In this document: positions 10,877 through 19,497 of the stretch, piece after piece | Position numbering within the stretch: the first letter of the stretch is position 1 | Layout of the letters: every line of letters starts with the position of its first letter | Assembly (NCBI GenBank): GCA_030431515.1 | Contig: JAUIIX010000004.1 | Coordinates: 47,810 to 111,809 of the forward strand | Source of the DNA: a bacterium | GTDB lineage: Bacteria; Bacteroidota; Ignavibacteria; Kapaibacteriales; UBA2268 | Direction: 5' to 3' | Length of the DNA stretch: 64,000 nt | Program-made: the position numbers and the translations under genes | The notes under the pieces: generated by a model | Told to the model about the DNA's origin: nothing | The model's database searches: none | The model's input: only the letters and a program-made list of their open reading frames with translations

Positions 10877-11566
10877 ATGAAATTAATTATACTAATTCTC
10901 GTGTTATTTTCTAGTATTAATTTGTTTGCTGGTGATGGACTTGATTTCGGAATCGAGCTGGGTCTTTCAACTCCAAATGAAGAAATAAATAATGTTTACA
11001 ATAGAGATTATCAACAAATAATTACTCAAGTTACTTCAAATCGTAATGATACAATAGCTGGTCGTATGCTAAGAGATGGAGCTTCATTAGGTTATCATTT
11101 AGGAATTAGAATAAAAATTCCTATTGAGAAATGGTTAAAGTTACAAGCAAGTATTGGGTATCATAAATTTAGTCAAAGTGAAATACAAGTTAGAGATCCA
11201 AATTCTAATGATTTACTTGCAACACTTTTTACTTTCCAAAATATAATACCAATAACAGCAGGTGCGGATTTATATTATATTAATACAAAACTATTAAATC
11301 TATATATCTCTGGTGAACTTGCCTTTAACCAGTTTTCATTCACAACAGAAGTAAAAAATAGATTATCAGATGTTGTTAGTATTCCTATTCAGAATACAGG
11401 TGCTTACAATAATTTAGGAGTAGCAGCCGGTGCAGGATTTGATATAAATTTAAAATTGATAAAGTTAAATTTAGATTTTAGATACCATATCTTAAATGTA
11501 ATCAATACTATAGACGATGATAAATTTAAAAATTACTTATCCGTCTCTACAGCAATATATTTTTAA
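10877..11566 (+). CDS. small outer-membrane beta-barrel protein (OMP_b-brl-like)
   Basis: Signal peptide, amphipathic strands, aromatic terminal residue (...STAIYF). Lies 24 nt after the FadL-like gene. Confidence 0.55.
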   Translation: MKLIILILVLFSSINLFAGDGLDFGIELGLSTPNEEINNVYNRDYQQIITQVTSNRNDTIAGRMLRDGASLGYHLGIRIKIPIEKWLKLQASIGYHKFSQSEIQVRDPNSNDLLATLFTFQNIIPITAGADLYYINTKLLNLYISGELAFNQFSFTTEVKNRLSDVVSIPIQNTGAYNNLGVAAGAGFDINLKLIKLNLDFRYHILNVINTIDDDKFKNYLSVSTAIYF

Positions 11567-11585
11567 TAATAAACAGGAATTATCA

Positions 11586-12287
11586 ATGGAAAATATTTAT
11601 CCTCAAGGTCAAGTATATAGAAGTAGTGATCAAATTGCAAAACTACAACAAGCATTTTTAAATAAAGTTTATTCTTGGATGGTGGCTGGATTAGCAATTA
11701 CTGCTGGTGTGGCATATTATCTATTTGACACAGAATTGTATATAGAGTTTGCTCCATATATGTGGATAATAATGATAGCAAACTTAGGACTTGTATTTGC
11801 ATTAGCAGGAGCTATCAATAAAATGTCTTCTAATGTTGCAGCAGGATTATTTCTTCTATATTCAGCACTTACTGGTGTTACATTTTCATTACTTGCTGCT
11901 GTTTATTCTGGAGAATCAATCGCAAATGTTTTCTTTATTACTGCTGGTTCATTTGCAGCACTAAGTTTTTATGGTTATACTACTAAAAAAGATTTATCTG
12001 GAATGGGTAGATTTATGTTTATGGGCTTAGTAGGTATTATACTTGCAATGATTGTCAACTTTTTTATGGCAAGTTCGATACTAAACATGATGATTTCGAT
12101 AATTGGAGTTATTGTTTTTGCAGGATTAACTGCTTACGATACTCAGAAACTAAAAGATATGTATGAAGTATCATTGCAAGGTGATGAAATTGCTACAAAA
12201 TCAGCAATCTTAGGAGCATTAACATTATACTTAGATTTTATTAATTTATTTATTATGTTGCTAAGATTATTAGGAAATAGAGATTAA
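11586..12287 (+). CDS. BAX inhibitor-1/YccA-family integral membrane protein
   Basis: Seven predicted TM segments. N-terminal FLNKVYSWMVAGLAITA and C-terminal GALTLYLDFINLFIMLLRLLG are typical of the family. The track start at 11517 overlaps the upstream gene, so the ATG at 11586 (MENIYPQ...) is used. Confidence 0.85.
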   Translation: MENIYPQGQVYRSSDQIAKLQQAFLNKVYSWMVAGLAITAGVAYYLFDTELYIEFAPYMWIIMIANLGLVFALAGAINKMSSNVAAGLFLLYSALTGVTFSLLAAVYSGESIANVFFITAGSFAALSFYGYTTKKDLSGMGRFMFMGLVGIILAMIVNFFMASSILNMMISIIGVIVFAGLTAYDTQKLKDMYEVSLQGDEIATKSAILGALTLYLDFINLFIMLLRLLGNRD

Positions 12288-13549
12288 ACTCTATTTTTTC
12301 CTTCAGCTAAAGTTAGGATTTTCTTAGTGATAATATTGCTAGAACCTATCTTATCTTTAATAAAATTGCCAGATATTAAGCCCATTCTTTGGGCTTTATT
12401 TTTATCTAAAATAGTATTAAGAAATATTATACAATCATTTAATTCTTTTAAAACTACTAAGCCTCCTTTATCAATAAGTTCTGCAGCTTCTGGCGACCTA
12501 TCAATATTTGGCCCACAAGCTAATGGTATTGAATAGCCAGCTGGCTCAGAGAGTGAATGTACACTTTTGCCAAATCCACCTCCTACAATAGCTACATCGG
12601 CAAAAGAATACAATGCCAATAGCTTCCCTATACTATCAACTATTAATACCTCCGTTTCATAATCATTTTCCTGATTATAATCACTTAATAATAAATGATT
12701 TGGAAATAGAGTTTTAGTTTTATTAATGTGCTCTTTTGTTGGTTCGTGTGGAACAATAATTAAAAAAATTTTATCTTTAAATTGATTAAAACACTTAGAT
12801 ATTAATTCTTCTTCTTCTCGCCAAGAACTCCCAAGTACTAATACTCTTTTTCCATTAAATAGTTCGTTATCTAAAATATCAGAATTTATGTTTTCACTTA
12901 CTTTTTCCATTATTCTATCATAGCGAGTATCAGCAGAATTAAATATTTTTGTTCTGATATTTAATTTGTTAAAATATTCAGTGTGTGATTGTCCTAAAGT
13001 ATAAATTTCATCAAATAAAGAATAAATATCTTTAAAAAATGATTTTATAATTGGGAATTTTGCGAAAATACTACTTGGTTTACTTGCATTTATTAATATT
13101 AATGGTTTACGGTAATATTTAAAAAATGCAATATGATTTCTCCAAATATCGTATCTAATAAATACAGCAATATCTGGATTTGTTTTTTTAGTATATATTT
13201 TTGCTTTTTTGAATGAATCAAAAGGCATATATATTATATAATCTATAAATTTATAATTCTTTTGATTGTCAAATCCTGAAGGAGAATAAAATGATGCAAT
13301 TATCTCAATATTAGGGCTTTTTCTTTTCAATCGTTCAATAAGAGGTTTTGCTTGTTCAAATTCACCCATAGATGAAGAATGAAATAAAATTCTTAACTTA
13401 TCTTTACTCTTAGGAGGAATTTTATTAAGATATTGCTTGTAATTTCTTTCACGTGTTTTAATTTTTTTGTTAAAGAGATATAATATATTGTAAATTAATC
13501 CAATAATAGGAATTATCAAAATATTATAAATTATAGCCCAAATATTCAT
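12284..13549 (-). CDS. waaA: 3-deoxy-D-manno-octulosonic acid (Kdo) transferase
   Basis: N-terminal TM segment. FHSSSMGEFEQAKPLIERLK matches the KdtA (W/F)HxxSxGE motif. GT-B C-terminal half (GGGFGKSVHSLSEPA). Confidence 0.85.
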   Translation of the reverse strand: MNIWAIIYNILIIPIIGLIYNILYLFNKKIKTRERNYKQYLNKIPPKSKDKLRILFHSSSMGEFEQAKPLIERLKRKSPNIEIIASFYSPSGFDNQKNYKFIDYIIYMPFDSFKKAKIYTKKTNPDIAVFIRYDIWRNHIAFFKYYRKPLILINASKPSSIFAKFPIIKSFFKDIYSLFDEIYTLGQSHTEYFNKLNIRTKIFNSADTRYDRIMEKVSENINSDILDNELFNGKRVLVLGSSWREEEELISKCFNQFKDKIFLIIVPHEPTKEHINKTKTLFPNHLLLSDYNQENDYETEVLIVDSIGKLLALYSFADVAIVGGGFGKSVHSLSEPAGYSIPLACGPNIDRSPEAAELIDKGGLVVLKELNDCIIFLNTILDKNKAQRMGLISGNFIKDKIGSSNIITKKILTLAEGKNRV

Positions 13550-13564
13550 ATTTACTTCTTCTTA

Positions 13565-13600
13565 AAATCAAAAAGGGTTAATTTTTTAAATTAACCCTTT
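13565..13600 (-). terminator. rho-independent terminator after the 1550-aa gene
   Basis: Perfect stem AAAGGGTTAA / TTAACCCTTT (13572-13581 with 13591-13600), followed on the minus strand by TTGATTTT. Confidence 0.6.
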
Positions 13601-13611
13601 ATAATATTTAA

Positions 13612-16600
13612 TTATTTATTAATTAATATCTGATAGGTCTTTAAATTATAGGTCGTTTGGTAATTAATAAAGTAAACACCATTGCTTAAATTATTAATAT
13701 CCAAATAGAATTGATGATATCCAGCATTTTTATTCTCATTTACTGGAATAGAAACTACATTCCCCATAAGATTAGTAATCTCAATTTTGACCGGGCCTTC
13801 GAATGCAGTTGAATAAGCTACATAAGTACTATTCTCTAATGGACTTGGATTAGGAGTATTTAATTGATCATCAGTACCATTTGTAGTAAATATTCTAAAC
13901 TCTCTAATACAGAAGTCTGATAATTTAACAAGAGTCGGTGGTGGAGTTGAAGTAACACAATTTTCCACTGATATTTTATAATTTATATCTGATTCAAATT
14001 GATCTGATAATTCCATATAGAATTCAATTGAAACTAAATTACCATTAAATGCAGTTGATAAATCTCCAGTACCTATAAGATTAAACTCACTAAATGAAAC
14101 AAACTCATAAGTCCAATTTAATTTTCCGCCAGTCAAATCAGTTAGTTTGTCTTCTAAGAAATGAACAACCAAATGGTTATATTTTACATTAATTTTCACA
14201 GAAGTTAAATTCCATGCAGGGTTCCCTTTTGCTAATTCATCTATCTGTGCAGAGAATGTAAATTTATCTGTATTTTCTTTACCAGGCATTAAATCAGGTT
14301 TAGATTGTTTTCCTAATAAATTAATATAAACACCAGTTCCTGTTAAATTTAGTACATAATCTATACCTAAATTATTTACAAAATTAATTGAAGTATTATA
14401 CACTTTCTCTTGAGTAGGTGTAAATATTATTTGAATATTGACTTTATCTCCAGATGCTAAATTAACTTGATTTGGCATAAGAACTTCAAAAGCAGTTTCC
14501 GCTGGAGTCATAATGATATCATTTTTATCGATTATCATTTCATTAGCGGAAGTATTTGTAATCTCATAATTATAAATACCAGCTTTATCACAAATTAAGA
14601 TATTACCAAAATCAACATCGTTTGTATTTAAGCCACTTTTTGCTGTACAATTGCCTTCTAAATTAGGTAAAGTTGAATCTGCTTTGTATGTTTCATCTAC
14701 TAACCAACCAATTGCGACATCAGCATTAATTGAAAAGTCGTAGTTAATTACACCTGCCGTTGAAGGAGTATATTCTAAATAAATTTCTTTAGTATTGTTT
14801 TTAGTTATTGTAATGTTTGAAGATGTATTTAAGCCACCAGTAAATTTATAATCATTTATTAAAGAAGTTAAATCATTAATTTCAACATCAACTAAATTTG
14901 AGTTATTTGTTATCTTAAGTGTTGCAGTTGAAGTTTGCCCTTGAACTGCTTCATCTGTAGGACATTCTAATTCTAAAGTAATATTAGGGAATGTTCCTCT
15001 TCCAACTAATTCAGTTGTAGCATCAGTTTTTCCAGAAGCTAACATAAATTCTAAATTAGCAGTAAAATCACCTTCTGTTAATGGAGTAAATTCATAATCA
15101 ATATCAATAGATTGTAATCCATCTATATTATATTCATTTTGAATACCAATTAATTTAAAGTATCCTTCATTATCATTTACTATTTTCAAATCAGTAATTT
15201 TTGTATTCAAATCAGATAAGTTTTCTAAAGTTATTTTCCCTTTATTTACTGTTCTAATTCTATTTACTACTGGAGGAACTGTCCCAATGATTGAAGAATT
15301 AATTCCTTCTCCTTCAATAATAGAATATGTATTTTCACAAATTACATCAACTCCATAATCTATTCTTGCTGTTCTTTTACCTTCAGCACTTGGATTAAAA
15401 GTAATTAGAAAAGTTGCAGATGAAAAAGGAGGAACATTTAATGTACCAACTTCAGCACCATTATTTAGACCTGTTATTTGAAATTCACTATAATCACCAT
15501 AAGCTTGATCAATTTTAGGAGATATTCTAATTGTCTGCGATGTAGGGTTAGTAAATATATTTTCTACTATTATTTTAGAATTTAGTCCTATTGTTTTCTT
15601 TCCAACTAAAACTAAAGGATCAGAATCTCCCCTACAAGTTCCATTTCCAATTAATTCTACTTTAATTGGGTTTGCACATTCACTGTTTAATGTAAAAGTA
15701 GATGTTCTAGTACCTAACTGAGTAGGAGCAAATGAAAACTCTAAAGCAAGATTTTCTTTACTTTTTAATACATCTGGTAATCCAGTAGTTAATGAAAACT
15801 CATCTGGTGATTTAGTAAATGAAAATGATTTCAATTCAACATTAATATCACTTGGATTATTTAATAAAGCATTAAATACTTTTAATCCAGATTCACCAAC
15901 AGTAACATCTCCTAAGTCTATTTGAACTTTAGAGAATTCTAAATTAGGTCTTTGAACTTCAAATGTTTTCTTAGAACTATCAGTTGTACCTTTTACATTA
16001 CCATATTTAGCAATTGCAATATCTTTTCCTTCTTGAGAAGTTAAAGTTAAATTATCAAAAGAAATATTGTTTTCAAATGTATGAGTTGAATAGATATTAT
16101 CATCAGAATCAGTATGAATATATTTTTTATAATCTTCAATTTTATAATTTACTCTAGTTGCATTTATAAAATCTAAATCAAGTGTATAATATGCGATGAA
16201 GTTACCAGAGTTACTTAATTGAAATGTAGGAGTAAACTCTGCATTTTTAAAATACTGCCCGACTACAACAATTCTATTTTGAGACTCTTCATAAACAATA
16301 CCCCTTACCCATACTTTATTTTCAGCACTTGCTTTAGCACCGAAAACAATTGTTCTAATAACATCTCCATCTGGAGAAATTTTAGATATTAATCCATAAG
16401 GAGTATTTGGATGTTGCATAAAAGGGAATGAAGTTCCAAATTGAAGACCTTGATAAGTAGTACCAGCTACATAAATATTCTCATCAGCAACAACAACACC
16501 TGCTAATGAATCATTCTGAGCTGTTCCAGCATTTAGCATCCAAATTGGGAAACCATCTTTGTCTAATTTTGCAATCATCATATCAGTACCACCTAAAGAG

Positions 16601-18264
16601 ACTTTAGTATTACCTAAAAAGTCAATAGTATTTTGGAAGTATCCTGAAATATAAATAAATGTTTCACTTTTATCCATATCTATACCAGATAAATAGGCAT
16701 CTAAAGTATTTTTACCTTGATGAACCCATCTATAAGATTGAGTAGATTCTCTTTCAACTTTGATTTTTATATTTTTGTTAGTAAATGAAGGATTCCATTT
16801 ATATTTCCCACCACTTACATTTTTAACAATTTGAACCCAAGTTTTACCATCGTCTGTACTATAATATAAATTAACAGGTACAGTTTCTTCTACACCAGCC
16901 CATTGGATTTCTACACCATCACAAGCAGATATAATTCCTTGATGAGGGCCTACAAGAACTACACGAGAAAAACCTCCTACTAAGTTTATATAACCTGGAC
17001 AAAAAGTACCATTCAAACTAAACAATGCTTGTCTAAATTCTTTAGCATCTTTTTGAGTAAATGCTAATTCTACTTCAATTTCATCTCCAACAGCAGCAAT
17101 ATCTCCAACTTTTGCATCAACACCATTGATCATTATTTTTTCTAAAGCAAAAAATGTAGCAGGAGTAAAACTTACACCTTGATAAGTAAATGGTCCATTT
17201 TCAACAATAAAAGTAGCAGAGCTCAATGTTTTAACATCTACATTCGGATTACCAAAACTCATTAAATCTCCATCTTTAGGAGTTAATCTAGCAATACTAT
17301 ATTCTGGTGCAATATATGACCTATCCTTTGTATCAGGATCTAAATCTCGAGTAAAATCAATTGTAACAAATCTTTCACGAGATAATTCATCACATCCAAA
17401 GTCTGAAATCCAAGTTAATTCACAAATTTGTCTTTGTTGTGCTTCAATTGCAATTAGTTCATATATTTCAGTTAATTCTTCTCTTCTTTCAACTTGGAAT
17501 GATTTCCCACCAGTATCTTGACAAATTTTAGACAAAAAAGTTGGTACAGGCATCAACATTGTAATAGCATAAAGTTGAATATTCTCAGAAGAAAATTGAG
17601 CTATTATCTCAGTGGGCTTTCTTTCTTCTTTAACTTCTGGCAAACCATCAGTTAAAAATATACAAATCCTATTCATATCAGGAGGTTGATTAGATAATAG
17701 TTTTACTGCATTATTTTCAGGATGATCAATAAGAGGAGGATTATAAAAAGTAGGACCCATTGGAATAACATTCATGATAGAGTCGATTAACTCTTGTTTA
17801 TTATTAGTAAAATCAACAAGCAAGTTTACACTATTTATACCTGAAAAAGTAGAAACAGCCACCTTGGTTCTACCATTAAACTCTAATGTTTCTATAAATT
17901 TTCTTGCACCATCTACAACCCAGTCCCATCTTCTGACTCCATCATCAGGATTGGTATCCATAGATCCACTTTTATCTAAAATTAAAAGTATGCTTAATTC
18001 TGCAGGTTCATCAGAGTCAATACAACTTACTTGCAGTTTCCCTTTCATATCTTTTCCATTTTCTTTAACAACAAAATCATTAATAGTAAGATTTTGGTAA
18101 GGAAATCCTGCTGGAGTTGTAGCAGTAAAATTAACTTTAACTAATGGAAATTCATCAGATATTATATTAGTTACAGAAAATGCACCATACATATTGTTAG
18201 CACTAATTAAAACAAATATAATAAACGTAAATATTCTAAACATACTTTTTCCTTTTTTGTACAA
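13612..18264 (-). CDS. 1550-aa secreted multidomain protein: vWA domain, beta-propeller-like repeats, repeated Ig-like modules, T9SS C-terminal sorting domain
   Basis: Signal peptide. MIDAS-type LILDKSGSMD with downstream FLTDG. Segment GGTDMMIAKLDKDGFPIWM...ENIYVAGTT resembles SBBP propeller repeats. Several modules of about 100 aa carry FG.V.VGES...F.L.N. C-terminal ...LSNGVYFINYQTTYNLKTYQILINK is a T9SS-type tail. Confidence 0.8.
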   Translation of the reverse strand: MYKKGKSMFRIFTFIIFVLISANNMYGAFSVTNIISDEFPLVKVNFTATTPAGFPYQNLTINDFVVKENGKDMKGKLQVSCIDSDEPAELSILLILDKSGSMDTNPDDGVRRWDWVVDGARKFIETLEFNGRTKVAVSTFSGINSVNLLVDFTNNKQELIDSIMNVIPMGPTFYNPPLIDHPENNAVKLLSNQPPDMNRICIFLTDGLPEVKEERKPTEIIAQFSSENIQLYAITMLMPVPTFLSKICQDTGGKSFQVERREELTEIYELIAIEAQQRQICELTWISDFGCDELSRERFVTIDFTRDLDPDTKDRSYIAPEYSIARLTPKDGDLMSFGNPNVDVKTLSSATFIVENGPFTYQGVSFTPATFFALEKIMINGVDAKVGDIAAVGDEIEVELAFTQKDAKEFRQALFSLNGTFCPGYINLVGGFSRVVLVGPHQGIISACDGVEIQWAGVEETVPVNLYYSTDDGKTWVQIVKNVSGGKYKWNPSFTNKNIKIKVERESTQSYRWVHQGKNTLDAYLSGIDMDKSETFIYISGYFQNTIDFLGNTKVSLGGTDMMIAKLDKDGFPIWMLNAGTAQNDSLAGVVVADENIYVAGTTYQGLQFGTSFPFMQHPNTPYGLISKISPDGDVIRTIVFGAKASAENKVWVRGIVYEESQNRIVVVGQYFKNAEFTPTFQLSNSGNFIAYYTLDLDFINATRVNYKIEDYKKYIHTDSDDNIYSTHTFENNISFDNLTLTSQEGKDIAIAKYGNVKGTTDSSKKTFEVQRPNLEFSKVQIDLGDVTVGESGLKVFNALLNNPSDINVELKSFSFTKSPDEFSLTTGLPDVLKSKENLALEFSFAPTQLGTRTSTFTLNSECANPIKVELIGNGTCRGDSDPLVLVGKKTIGLNSKIIVENIFTNPTSQTIRISPKIDQAYGDYSEFQITGLNNGAEVGTLNVPPFSSATFLITFNPSAEGKRTARIDYGVDVICENTYSIIEGEGINSSIIGTVPPVVNRIRTVNKGKITLENLSDLNTKITDLKIVNDNEGYFKLIGIQNEYNIDGLQSIDIDYEFTPLTEGDFTANLEFMLASGKTDATTELVGRGTFPNITLELECPTDEAVQGQTSTATLKITNNSNLVDVEINDLTSLINDYKFTGGLNTSSNITITKNNTKEIYLEYTPSTAGVINYDFSINADVAIGWLVDETYKADSTLPNLEGNCTAKSGLNTNDVDFGNILICDKAGIYNYEITNTSANEMIIDKNDIIMTPAETAFEVLMPNQVNLASGDKVNIQIIFTPTQEKVYNTSINFVNNLGIDYVLNLTGTGVYINLLGKQSKPDLMPGKENTDKFTFSAQIDELAKGNPAWNLTSVKINVKYNHLVVHFLEDKLTDLTGGKLNWTYEFVSFSEFNLIGTGDLSTAFNGNLVSIEFYMELSDQFESDINYKISVENCVTSTPPPTLVKLSDFCIREFRIFTTNGTDDQLNTPNPSPLENSTYVAYSTAFEGPVKIEITNLMGNVVSIPVNENKNAGYHQFYLDINNLSNGVYFINYQTTYNLKTYQILINK

Positions 18265-18323
18265 TTATATAATCAAATAACTAAAACAAGCCGATTTTGT
18301 TACATTTTCGACCCATTTATTTT

Positions 18324-19397
18324 TCAATACATCTCTTTATTTACTCTTAAATCGATTGCTTTTATTATATTATTAGGCAATTTAATAACTTCTTCACCTT
18401 TTGTGTTAATAAAAGCTGACATTTTTACATTGTCAATTCTATAAGAAATCCATGCAATAGGATTTTTACCACTAAAATATCCGCAATAAGTATAGTCATT
18501 TCTTAAAACAGTTTTTCCAGTTTTATCAATAAAATACCATTCTTCATTTTCTTTAACTCCACAAAAACCTCCAGAAAAATACTGAACATCTTTAAAAATA
18601 TTTTGAGTTAATTTTTGACCAGTACTATCAATTAATGCCCAGTTATATTTCATTCCTGCACCTAAAATACCAACAAAAGAACATCCCTCTGAAAACTTGT
18701 TTAACTCTGAATATTGTGGATTAATAACAATCTTTCCAGTAATATCCATTAACCCAACTACACCATCAATATTAGCTTTAGCTAAGCCACCAACGAAATA
18801 AGCAGGTTCTTGATAATCAAATGGTAGAATTTGTTTTCCTAACTTGTTTATAAACGATACTTTATATTCTTTATTTGAAATTGCTGCAATTCCTTCAGAA
18901 AAAGGATAACCAACTATGCCATCTTCTAAACTTATTTTCATAAGTCCATTAGTATCGATATATCCACGTCTATTTTCATCATAGATATAAGCAAGCCCTT
19001 CTGTAAAATATGTTGCATCTATTAAACTTGGCTTTATAAATACTTTACCATCTTTGTTGATAAAACCATACCTTTTATCTATTAACTCTTCAGGGTAATT
19101 ATTAATCACTAATGCTTTCCCAAAATTAAAATCTTTTATTTCATCATAATTGGTAATAATGACTAATTCGCCCTTAGTATTCATAAAACAATTTTTGATT
19201 TCCCCTTTTACATCAGCAACTACATTATATAAACCTTCATTATATCCATTAACATCTAGAATCCTATTGTTTTCAAACATAGTTTTTCCATCACTATCGA
19301 GAAAATGCCATTTTTCACCTTGATAGAAAGCTACTAATGGTTCAGCAGATTTAGATATAACTAAACTAAAAAATAATAATATTAATAACTTTAACAT
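18324..19397 (-). CDS. WG-repeat (KWG-like) secreted protein
   Basis: About nine repeats of the pattern [WYF]x[FY][IL][DN]xxGKxx[IV]. Examples: WHFLDSDGKTMF, YGFINKDGKVFI, RGYIDTNGLMKI, WYFIDKTGKTVL. Confidence 0.7.
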   Translation of the reverse strand: MLKLLILLFFSLVISKSAEPLVAFYQGEKWHFLDSDGKTMFENNRILDVNGYNEGLYNVVADVKGEIKNCFMNTKGELVIITNYDEIKDFNFGKALVINNYPEELIDKRYGFINKDGKVFIKPSLIDATYFTEGLAYIYDENRRGYIDTNGLMKISLEDGIVGYPFSEGIAAISNKEYKVSFINKLGKQILPFDYQEPAYFVGGLAKANIDGVVGLMDITGKIVINPQYSELNKFSEGCSFVGILGAGMKYNWALIDSTGQKLTQNIFKDVQYFSGGFCGVKENEEWYFIDKTGKTVLRNDYTYCGYFSGKNPIAWISYRIDNVKMSAFINTKGEEVIKLPNNIIKAIDLRVNKEMY

Positions 19398-19497
19398 ATT
19401 TTAAAAACCGTATAATTATAGAATACTAAATTAACGAATAAAATATAATTTTGTTTGAAGTGTTTATATTTTTTTTAAACAAACAAAAAAAATAATT

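Noticed and set aside
11517-11585. Upstream extension of the BAX-inhibitor-family ORF
   Set aside because: The extension overlaps the preceding barrel gene by 50 nt and adds a non-conserved, non-membrane N-terminus. The ATG at 11586 gives a family-typical start.
17774-18100. Long antisense or alternate-frame ORFs inside real genes. Others are at 22118-22426, 23144-23344, 25686-25937, 25983-26303, 41386-41796, 42237-42431, 47169-47423, 48669-48872, 49934-50257, 54738-54986 and 60374-60721.
   Set aside because: Each lies fully inside a gene with strong family evidence on the other strand. Their products are low-complexity or leucine/serine-rich with no motifs, which is the typical shadow-ORF pattern.
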